A DNA stretch of 64,000 nt from an uncultured Fibrobacterota bacterium (GTDB lineage Bacteria; Fibrobacterota; Chitinivibrionia; Chitinivibrionales; FEN-1185): NCBI GenBank assembly GCA_963753345.1, contig CAVWBU010000024.1, positions 160,001 to 224,000 on the forward strand, read 5' to 3'. Every line of letters starts with the position of its first letter. The stretch's first letter is position 1. Below the pieces are notes generated by a model. The model was not told the DNA's origin, ran no database searches, and saw only the letters and a list, made by a program, of their open reading frames with translations. Both the position numbers and the translations under genes were made by a program. Positions 29,734 through 37,664 of this stretch are shown here, in pieces.

Positions 29734-30588
29734 ATGCGAGCCTATTGTCTTACGTGCGAACTTTCTCCTGAGTCAAGCGAGCTTGCCCAGGCCCAATGGT
29801 ACGGGATAGGGATGCTCGGGTGCGAGGAGGAATCCGCAGGGAAAAACGTGCGGCTCAAATGCTATTTTCCCACGAGCGCGACGCTGCACGCCGCAGAGTT
29901 CCATCTCATGGATTTGAGCCCGTCGCAGCCGATTACCGTTTCGGTGGTTCCGGACGAGGACTGGAACGCGCGGTGGAAGCAGTCGATGAAGCCCGTGCAG
30001 GTTGCTCCCGGCATCTGGGTGTCGCCCGCATGGCTTAGGCCGCCCCTGTCGCCCGGCCACAAATGGATAAAAATCGAGCCGAAAATGGCCTTCGGCACCG
30101 GCCATCACGAGACCACGAGGCTTGCCTGCCGCATCCTGCAGGAAGTGATGGAAAAGGCGGACGCCCCTCCGTCGCTTCTTGACATAGGCTCGGGTTCCGG
30201 CGTCCTGTGCCTCGTTGCCGACTGTTGCGGCGCCTCGCGCGCCGTCGGCGTGGAGGTTGACCCCGTGTGCGGCCCGAACATGGCCGAAAACCTGCGCAGG
30301 AACCGCCCGAAATCGCCCGTGGGTTTTGCCGTGGGCGACGTGCGCTGCCTCAAGGAAAATGCGCGATTCGACATCGTCGTCATGAACATGATATCGTCAC
30401 AGGGAATGCCGATTCTCGACGACGTGCGCCTGCTGCTCAGGGACGGCGGGCGGTTTGTCTGGTCGGGGCTTCTGCTGGATGAGAGGAAGGGCCTTACGGC
30501 CTCGGCCCGCGCTCACGGATTCGCGTTCGACAAGGACGCCCACGAGAACGAATGGTGGTGCGCCTCTTTTGTCAAGACTGCGTCATAG
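29734..30588 (+). CDS. prmA: ribosomal protein L11 methyltransferase
   Basis: EDWNARWK, IEPKMAFGTGHHETT, LDIGSGSGVL, SGLL. Confidence 0.92.
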   Translation: MRAYCLTCELSPESSELAQAQWYGIGMLGCEEESAGKNVRLKCYFPTSATLHAAEFHLMDLSPSQPITVSVVPDEDWNARWKQSMKPVQVAPGIWVSPAWLRPPLSPGHKWIKIEPKMAFGTGHHETTRLACRILQEVMEKADAPPSLLDIGSGSGVLCLVADCCGASRAVGVEVDPVCGPNMAENLRRNRPKSPVGFAVGDVRCLKENARFDIVVMNMISSQGMPILDDVRLLLRDGGRFVWSGLLLDERKGLTASARAHGFAFDKDAHENEWWCASFVKTAS

Positions 30589-30597
30589 GGAACCTCC

Positions 30598-32487
30598 ATG
30601 GAAAACGGATCACCCGATCGAGAAGTGGAGAGCGGCGGCCCTGGGCCTTCGTCCCCGGGCATTCTCTCACGGGAGATTCCGGTGCTGCCCGACGGCTCCG
30701 CTCCCCTGCCGCTCGGCTCCGGCACCATCGTGTCGGTGCTCGGCGAGGGCGGCGTTGCTATCGTGTACGAGATCTGGGTGGAAAAGCTCGGGGTCGCCCG
30801 CGCCGTGAAGGTGCTCAAGCCGAACGCCTCCATCGAATCGGCCGGCAGGTTCGAAACCGAAATGCGGATAACGGCCCAGTTGCGCCATCCCAACATCATC
30901 GAAATCCACAACGTGGGCGAGTGGCACGGGCTCCCCTACATCGAGATGGAAAAGATAGAAGGGTTTTCCCTCGACACCATCATCCGCGAACGGGGGAGCC
31001 TGCCCCTTCCAATCTGCACGTCCATAGCGATCATCACGTGCAGGGCGCTTTCCTACACGCACAACCATGTCTATCTTGTAAACGATGTGGAACACCGCGG
31101 GATCCTGCACCGCGACCTCAAGCCGGGCAACATCATGATCTCGCGGTCGGGCGCGGTGAAACTCATGGACTTCGGCCTTGCCACGCCGACCGGCATCTCC
31201 ATGCACACCATGGAGGGGACCGTGGTGGGATCGCTGCAGTACATAGCGCCGGAGCTTTTAGAGGAAAGCCGGCGGGCCGATGCGCGGTCCGACATCTTTT
31301 CGCTCGGCTGCGTGCTGTACGAGATGATAACCGGTCACAAAACGTTCTCCGAGAAGAACATGGCCAAGCTGGTGACGGCGCGGCTCAAGAACGACTACAA
31401 ACCGCTGGGGGAATTCAGGGTCAAATGCCCTCGCTCGCTTGCAACGCTGGTGACCGGCTGTCTCGCGCTGCACCCGGAAAAACGCTTTCGTTCCGCCGCG
31501 GAAGTCCTGAGGCGGCTGGAGAAAATTCACGCAAGACTGACAAATGACAAGCCGGAAGACCTTGTCGAATGCTACATCAACTCCAGCCTCCGGAAGAACA
31601 CCGTCTCGTTCAGGCGGCCGCTGCCCCGTTTCGGCGTCGCTCCCGCGGTCGCCGCCGCGGCGGTCGCTATCGGCGGGTGCCTGTTTGCCATGCCCGATCT
31701 CCCCTACCGTATTGAGCGCTTCATCGCGTACGCGCGATTCACCAGCGCGCCGGAGGCCTATCGCCGGATAACCGGCTTGCCCGCGGCGAGGCGGTTGTCC
31801 GGGAAACGGCAGGGCCAGTCTTCCGAAGGACCGGTTCCCTCCCGTAAAGCTTGGACCGGCGAGAATCCTGCGTCCCCGGCCGAGCCGAAGAGCGGCTGGC
31901 AGTCCGGTGCGGCTCCCGGCCCGGAAGACCGGGCTCTTGTCGCGGCGCTGCAGAGAAAATACGGCACCAGAGACATGCTCGACATACTGGGCCGCGAAAC
32001 GGACAAAGGCAAATTCGTTTCCACGCTCAGGCTGTTCGACGCGCTCGACAGGGAGAGCGCCGCCACGGTTAGAGCGCGCCTGTACCTAATGCGCGCGCTG
32101 AAGGGGCTGGGCAACAAAGGGGCGCTCGCGGCATTCTTCATGAGGCCCGACATTCCCGACAAGGAATACTTTGTCGCCAAGGCCCAGTACCTTGCGTCCC
32201 TCAAACGGTACATCGAAGCGATTGACATGTGCGAAACAGGCAGGCAGTCGCCGGCCTGCATCGGCGTGGCCGATTCCCTCGATCGGATGGCGTCGTATCT
32301 CAAGGCGTCCTGCCTCACGAGCCTGTTCGTGGCATCATCGACTGAGGCGAACAGAAAGCGCGCCCTGGAAAGCTGGAACGAACTCAAGGCCCTTATGCGC
32401 ACCAGGCAGGACGACCCGTACTACGGTCTTGCGGAAAAGAACATCCGCCTGCTCTCCGACCGGCCGAGCGGGGCGGCCCGTGAATAG
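30598..32487 (+). CDS. Hanks-type Ser/Thr protein kinase with TM and helical C-terminal domain
   Basis: GEGGVAIV, AVK, HRDLKPGN, DFG, APE, DIFSLG. Confidence 0.93.
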   Translation: MENGSPDREVESGGPGPSSPGILSREIPVLPDGSAPLPLGSGTIVSVLGEGGVAIVYEIWVEKLGVARAVKVLKPNASIESAGRFETEMRITAQLRHPNIIEIHNVGEWHGLPYIEMEKIEGFSLDTIIRERGSLPLPICTSIAIITCRALSYTHNHVYLVNDVEHRGILHRDLKPGNIMISRSGAVKLMDFGLATPTGISMHTMEGTVVGSLQYIAPELLEESRRADARSDIFSLGCVLYEMITGHKTFSEKNMAKLVTARLKNDYKPLGEFRVKCPRSLATLVTGCLALHPEKRFRSAAEVLRRLEKIHARLTNDKPEDLVECYINSSLRKNTVSFRRPLPRFGVAPAVAAAAVAIGGCLFAMPDLPYRIERFIAYARFTSAPEAYRRITGLPAARRLSGKRQGQSSEGPVPSRKAWTGENPASPAEPKSGWQSGAAPGPEDRALVAALQRKYGTRDMLDILGRETDKGKFVSTLRLFDALDRESAATVRARLYLMRALKGLGNKGALAAFFMRPDIPDKEYFVAKAQYLASLKRYIEAIDMCETGRQSPACIGVADSLDRMASYLKASCLTSLFVASSTEANRKRALESWNELKALMRTRQDDPYYGLAEKNIRLLSDRPSGAARE

Positions 32488-32488
32488 G

Positions 32489-32980
32489 ATGCCACAGCAT
32501 GCGCGCGCCGCGGCCGCGCTGCTTGCGTGTTGCGCGCTGCACGCATTCCCCGACGCCATCGTTATCAGCGGCAACGGCCCCGACTTCCCCCTTGACGTGG
32601 ACAGCGTTTCCTTTGTCGCCTGGCACGACTCCGGCAAAACGGCCGATTCGCTGGTGAAGCCGCTTCCCGCCTCGCTGTACGCCGAAGTGCGGGACAACAT
32701 CGACTCGGTGTACAATTACGCCTCCGCGCTCTCGCTGCGCAGAAAGGAACTTTCCGGCTGCCCGCATGGACGGCCCTACAACGCGCGCCTTTCGTTCTTC
32801 ACCATGGGAACGCCGTCGCTCAGGATCCTGTTTTCGTGCGGGAACTACGCAAGCGCCAAGCTGCTCACCGCGACCGACCGGTATCCGTTCGTGGTAAAGT
32901 TTACAAAGGGGTTTGCGGAGAAATTGAGGAAGATTGCGCGGGGCAAGCAAGGACGGCTGAGTGAGGTCCCGATAAAGTAG
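32489..32980 (+). CDS. hypothetical secreted protein
   Basis: ATG 1 nt after the kinase stop; signal-peptide-like N-terminus. Confidence 0.65.
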   Translation: MPQHARAAAALLACCALHAFPDAIVISGNGPDFPLDVDSVSFVAWHDSGKTADSLVKPLPASLYAEVRDNIDSVYNYASALSLRRKELSGCPHGRPYNARLSFFTMGTPSLRILFSCGNYASAKLLTATDRYPFVVKFTKGFAEKLRKIARGKQGRLSEVPIK

Positions 32981-33020
32981 CCGGATATTTCTTGCGAAAA
33001 AGAGACTTCTCTTCTGAAAT

Positions 33021-33056
33021 AACCTCACCCCCGGCCCCTCTCCGCCCGGAGAGGGG
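33021..33056 (+). repeat. left inverted repeat flanking DUF559 gene
   Basis: AACCTCACCCC-CGG-CCCCTCTCCGCCCGGAGAGGGG. Confidence 0.9.
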
Positions 33057-33069
33057 AGAATGGACTGCT

Positions 33070-33483
33070 ATGAAACAAAATATGACAAGTGGTGTGGTGG
33101 CGCTGCAATATGTGGATGATTACAAGAAACGACAGTGCCGCGCTTTACGGCAGGAATCAACCAAAACGGAGAAATTATTCTGGCGTGCAGTCCGAAACAG
33201 GAAAATAGAGGGACTTAAATTCCGGCGTCAACAAGTGATCGAAGGTTTTGTTGTTGATTTCTATTGTGAGGAATTGAGGCTGATCGTTGAGTTGGATGGA
33301 TGCGTACACGATGAAATCGAACAGCAAAAAATGGACGAACAACGAAAAAGAGTATTTGAAAGACGCGGTCTGACTGAAATCCGGTTCTCCAACGATGAAA
33401 TCATGAATAACATGCCGAAGGTGCTTCAAAAAATAGGTGCCCGAAAATTCCCCTCTCCGGGCGGAGAGGGGATACAGGGGTGA
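33070..33483 (+). CDS. DUF559 / Vsr-like endonuclease
   Basis: LRQESTKTEKLFWRAVR, KFRRQ, VDFYC, IVELDG..H, IRFSN; AT-richer than its flanks. Confidence 0.93.
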   Translation: MKQNMTSGVVALQYVDDYKKRQCRALRQESTKTEKLFWRAVRNRKIEGLKFRRQQVIEGFVVDFYCEELRLIVELDGCVHDEIEQQKMDEQRKRVFERRGLTEIRFSNDEIMNNMPKVLQKIGARKFPSPGGEGIQG

Positions 33484-33487
33484 GGTT
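33450..33487 (-). repeat. right inverted repeat flanking DUF559 gene
   Basis: Reverse complement reads AACCTCACCCC-TGTAT-CCCCTCTCCGCCCGGAGAGGGG; contains the gene's TGA stop. Confidence 0.9.
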
Positions 33488-33552
33488 CCCTCGGATGTGG
33501 AAGGCGGATGGCATTTTGATCATTTGGTAAAAGCGCGCACAAGCTGCGGCCC

Positions 33553-34581
33553 CTATTTCTTCCTACTCTTATGCGTCAACTTTACCTCCCGCCACGCTCC
33601 GATGCGCTTGTCTTTCACGAGCTTGAGGTGCGGCGTCTCCCCGGCGTCGAATATCATAAGCTCCTTGTCGGTGATCACCGTGCGTCCGCGCAGCGTCACG
33701 CCCATTCTGTTGATCGCCCGGTACTGCGTCACGAGGTGCTCGCGCATGCGCTCGAAGTCGTCGTGCTGCTCGCTGAAGGAGAAGAACAGCGTGGCGATCC
33801 CGGCCTCCCGGAGGCGCCGGTAGAGTTTGAGGGGGAACTGCTTGATCTGGCGCCGCCGCTCGAAACCGCGCTTCTGGTAGATGGAATTCCTGTCGGTAAA
33901 TAGTAAATAACAGAAGTGGGCGTCGGGAAACAGGGTGGCGAGCGGTCCGAACAGGTTGCGCAGGAGATCGTCGGCGTTCACCGTGAGTTTCTCAAGCTTG
34001 CTTTCCAGCACCAGAATGTTGCGCTGGCGGAAGTAGCGGTAGTCGAACAGGCCGTCGAGCTCCTTGATGTTCTCATAGCCGAACTTGCCCCTGCCGGTCT
34101 TCTTGAGGATCACAAGGTTGGGATATTTTCGTATTTTAAGGATATACTGCTGGGTGTTGGTGATGATGAAATCGTCGCGTTCTTTGGGATTGAAGCGCCG
34201 GTCGAAGATACCGCCGGTCTTGCCGAGCGGGTTAACGTGCTTAAGCCAGTATTTGGTGACGCGTCGCGCAATGCGCTCGGCGATGTCGCCCACGATATTG
34301 CCCCACGCGGCATTGTCAAACGCGTACGGCGCGGCCAGAAGATCGCCCACGGTGTACAGCGGATAGCTGATGCTTTCGATCCGGTACTCGATGATGACTT
34401 TGTCAAGGTTGCCGCGGCCTTCGTTGATTTCGTCGTTGGGGTTGTGCAGGCGGTATGTTCCACGAACGCCGTGGTCGCGCCGCAGGGAATGGATGACCTC
34501 GCCGTCCGCCGCTCCGGAAGGGTTCCAGGCGGCCGGCTCAAAACCGGCGAACAGGGAATAGGGATCGTAGGGTGCGGTCAT
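33553..34581 (-). CDS. hypothetical protein, possible PD-(D/E)XK fold
   Basis: 342-aa ORF with host-like codon usage; ELDGLF...VLESK motif. Confidence 0.7.
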   Translation of the reverse strand: MTAPYDPYSLFAGFEPAAWNPSGAADGEVIHSLRRDHGVRGTYRLHNPNDEINEGRGNLDKVIIEYRIESISYPLYTVGDLLAAPYAFDNAAWGNIVGDIAERIARRVTKYWLKHVNPLGKTGGIFDRRFNPKERDDFIITNTQQYILKIRKYPNLVILKKTGRGKFGYENIKELDGLFDYRYFRQRNILVLESKLEKLTVNADDLLRNLFGPLATLFPDAHFCYLLFTDRNSIYQKRGFERRRQIKQFPLKLYRRLREAGIATLFFSFSEQHDDFERMREHLVTQYRAINRMGVTLRGRTVITDKELMIFDAGETPHLKLVKDKRIGAWREVKLTHKSRKK

Positions 34582-34784
34582 GGTCTTTTTACGCGCCGGT
34601 AAATTTACCGGCGGTTGTCAATGTTCACGCTCGCCATTTGTGTAATGAAATACTGCATGGGACGCGCCCGCCGCAACGATTTGCGCCGGGCGTGCCCGGC
34701 GCTTGCGATGGCGCGCCGTTTGGATGCATATTTACAGAGTGAAATCCGCCCGACGCGCGGCTGCGGAGAAGGCGCAGGCATCCC

Positions 34785-35546
34785 ATGACCTACGACAGAG
34801 AACTCAAAACGGCAATGGACGCGGCGAGGGCCGCCGGTAAAATCCACCTTGCCTATCGAGGACGCGTTATGGCCGTGGAAACCAAAGCCGACGCGTCGCC
34901 CGTCACCGAGGTCGACCGGAAATGCGAGACCGTGATCCGCGACATGCTGTTGCGCCGGTTTCCCGCAGACGGTTTTCTGGGCGAGGAGACCGGACGCGAA
35001 CCGGGAAGGAGCGGCAGAACGTGGATCGTGGACCCGCTCGACGGCACGCGGCCGTTTCTCCGCGGCATCCCGACCCACAGTGTTCTTATCGCCCTTGAGG
35101 ATGAAGACAAACTCGCGGTCGGCTGCATGCACCTTCCCGCGCTCGGCGAAACCTACTGGGCGCAGAGGGGCCGCGGCGCGTACCTGAATGCAAGGCGCAT
35201 CCGCGTTTCGAAGACCCGCAAACTTTCCAGGGTGATGGGCAGCGGCCTCGGATTTTTGGAGCATTCCACGGAGCGCAAGGGAAAGCGGCTTCTTTCCCTC
35301 ATGAAAACGTGGGACTACGCCTACGGGTTCATGGACGCGTATTCGTACGGCGGCGTTGCGTGCGGTCGGCTTGACGTGTGCGTTAACCTTCTCGACAAAC
35401 CATGGGACTGCGCCGCGGCCGCGTGCATCGTTGCGGAAGCGGGCGGCGCATTTTCTGATGTCAATGGACGCCGGTCGGTGCACAACGGCTCGGTGATTCT
35501 TTCCAACGGCTTTGTCCACGATGCTGTTTTAGAGTATTTTGAGTAA
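34785..35546 (+). CDS. inositol monophosphatase family (HisN-like)
   Basis: GEE, WIVDPLDGT, PWDCAA..IVAEAGG. Confidence 0.92.
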   Translation: MTYDRELKTAMDAARAAGKIHLAYRGRVMAVETKADASPVTEVDRKCETVIRDMLLRRFPADGFLGEETGREPGRSGRTWIVDPLDGTRPFLRGIPTHSVLIALEDEDKLAVGCMHLPALGETYWAQRGRGAYLNARRIRVSKTRKLSRVMGSGLGFLEHSTERKGKRLLSLMKTWDYAYGFMDAYSYGGVACGRLDVCVNLLDKPWDCAAAACIVAEAGGAFSDVNGRRSVHNGSVILSNGFVHDAVLEYFE

Positions 35547-35603
35547 TCGCTTTGGCTTTTGATACTGGCGTTCGCTGCTCTGGCGGACCATGCAGGAGTT
35601 TTC

Positions 35604-36656
35604 GTGGGCACAAAATCGGACGAAAAACAGGACGAGGGACCGGGGCAGTCGCAGCGGCGATCCGAGAAAGCGGGCATCACCCACTTCACCAAGGACATGG
35701 TTTCCGCGCTGGCCATGGCGCTCGTGGCAATCGTCTACATCATTCAGGCGTTCAAAATACCGAGCGGGTCCATGGAAGACAGCCTCCTGGTGGGCGACTT
35801 CCTTCTCGGCCTCAAGTTCATCTACGGCGCGCCGGTGCTGCCCTTTTCATACACCAAGTTTCCCGGCCTTGCCGACCCCAAGCCCGGCGACGTCATCATC
35901 TTCAAGTATCCCGGCACCGACAGGAAGGACTACATCAAGCGCTGCATCGCGGGCCCGGGCGACATTGTCAAGGTCGACACCACGCGGGTCACGGTCAACG
36001 GCATGCCGTTCGCGCTTCCGCCCAAGGGGAAATTCATCCTTGGCGGCCGTGTGTTCGATTCATGCATCACCGACTTCGCGCCGCTGAGAGTGCCGAAGAA
36101 GGGCGACACCCTGCGGCTGGACGCCGACGTTCCCGGCCGTGAATTCCTGTACTACAAACACCTTGTCCATCAGGAAAATCCGCACGCGGTTGTTTCGGTG
36201 AAATATCAGCTTTACATCAACGGCGAATTCGCCAACAGCGAACGGGTGGTGGTCAGCTATTGGGGAGGCGCGTTCGGCGATATCGATTTCAACCGGATGG
36301 ACAACTGGGTGGAGATCGACAGGATACTACGGCAGGTGCCGGGACAATTCCCCGGCAAAACGGTTGAAATCAGGAAGCTCTTATACCTCAACAACAGTCT
36401 CGTAAAGCAATACGTCATCAAGAACGACAACTACTTTATGATGGGCGACAACCGCGACAATTCCACCGATTCCCGCTACTGGGGATTCCTCAACCGCAAC
36501 TTCGTGAAGGCAAAGGCCTTTATCCTCTATTTTTCCTGGGACAGCCGCCTGCCGCTGTGGGACCTGCCCGCAAAGATACGCTGGAACCGCATCGGAAAAC
36601 TCATCCGCACCTGGGACGGCCGCGCGCTGCGCGCGCAGCACGCTGCGGTGCAGTAA
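35604..36656 (+). CDS. lepB: signal peptidase I
   Basis: IPSGSMED, DYIKRC, MMGDNRDNSTDSRYWG; AGGAG RBS before GTG 35604. Confidence 0.94.
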   Translation: MGTKSDEKQDEGPGQSQRRSEKAGITHFTKDMVSALAMALVAIVYIIQAFKIPSGSMEDSLLVGDFLLGLKFIYGAPVLPFSYTKFPGLADPKPGDVIIFKYPGTDRKDYIKRCIAGPGDIVKVDTTRVTVNGMPFALPPKGKFILGGRVFDSCITDFAPLRVPKKGDTLRLDADVPGREFLYYKHLVHQENPHAVVSVKYQLYINGEFANSERVVVSYWGGAFGDIDFNRMDNWVEIDRILRQVPGQFPGKTVEIRKLLYLNNSLVKQYVIKNDNYFMMGDNRDNSTDSRYWGFLNRNFVKAKAFILYFSWDSRLPLWDLPAKIRWNRIGKLIRTWDGRALRAQHAAVQ

Positions 36657-36688
36657 GCGTTCCGCACGCTTTCCTCAGTTCTCTTAAG

Positions 36689-37630
36689 TCAATTTCTCCG
36701 GAGTTCGCCGCGCCAGTATTCGAGAAGGTCGCCAAGGGTTGTGGCAAAGGGGATTTCCGGCTCCCACGAGGTTTCGGCGCGCAGCCTGGCGTTGTCGCCG
36801 GCGAGCCTGAGGGAGGTCTTTACTTCCCGGAGCTTGGTCGGTTCCTCGACCACGGTCAGGGACGCTGTGGACATCCCCACCAGAGCGGCGAGAACGTCGG
36901 CCAGCCTGCGCGTGACGCCCGAACACACGTTGTACACCCGTCCGCGCCCGCCATTGTCCATGATGAGCCGGTAGGCGTTCACCACGTCGCGCACGTCCGA
37001 AAAGTCAATTTCAACCTCGCAGTCGCCCACGCGGATCTCCTGCGGCGCAAGCCCGGCCTCGGCCTGCGCGATCTGCCTGGCCCAGTCGGAACAGACGAAC
37101 AGGGGGGACTGTCCCGGTCCGGTGTGGTTGAACGAGCGGGTGAAGCGGATGTCAAGCCCGTACTGGCGGCAGTATTGAAGCCCGACAAGTTCCGTTGCAT
37201 ACTTGGAAATGCCGTAGAAATTCGAGGGGTTCGGCAGCGCGTCCTCGGACACAAGGCCTTCGGCGGTGATGTCGTATTCCTTTGCCGATCCGACCAGCAG
37301 CAGTTTTGCCTGCGGGGAGAACCGTTTCATTGCGTCGATGACGGAAATGGTTCCGACGATGTTGATCGCAAGCGCGCTGCGCGGCGTGCGGTCCGCTTCC
37401 GCCGGGAAGCTCACGCCGGCAAGGTGGTAGATTTCCTGGGGTTCATGGCGGGAGAGTGACTGGGCGACCATATCGCTGTCGGTGATATCGACGAAATCGT
37501 AGGCAACACCCTCGAGCAGGCACGTCTGCTCGATACCCATGCCTGTAACGCGCCGGCCGTTCCTTGACAGCAAGCCGGCAAGGTGCTGGCCCGCAAAACC
37601 GTTTATCCCGGTGATGAGCGCGGTGATCAT
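36689..37630 (-). CDS. GDP-sugar dehydratase/reductase (Gmd/Rmd-type SDR)
   Basis: ITGINGFAG, YHLAG, YGISK, RSFNHTGPGQ, DVRDVV. Confidence 0.9.
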   Translation of the reverse strand: MITALITGINGFAGQHLAGLLSRNGRRVTGMGIEQTCLLEGVAYDFVDITDSDMVAQSLSRHEPQEIYHLAGVSFPAEADRTPRSALAINIVGTISVIDAMKRFSPQAKLLLVGSAKEYDITAEGLVSEDALPNPSNFYGISKYATELVGLQYCRQYGLDIRFTRSFNHTGPGQSPLFVCSDWARQIAQAEAGLAPQEIRVGDCEVEIDFSDVRDVVNAYRLIMDNGGRGRVYNVCSGVTRRLADVLAALVGMSTASLTVVEEPTKLREVKTSLRLAGDNARLRAETSWEPEIPFATTLGDLLEYWRGELRRN

Positions 37631-37664
37631 TGATTGGTGTTTTTCCTGTCCTTATTAAAAATAG

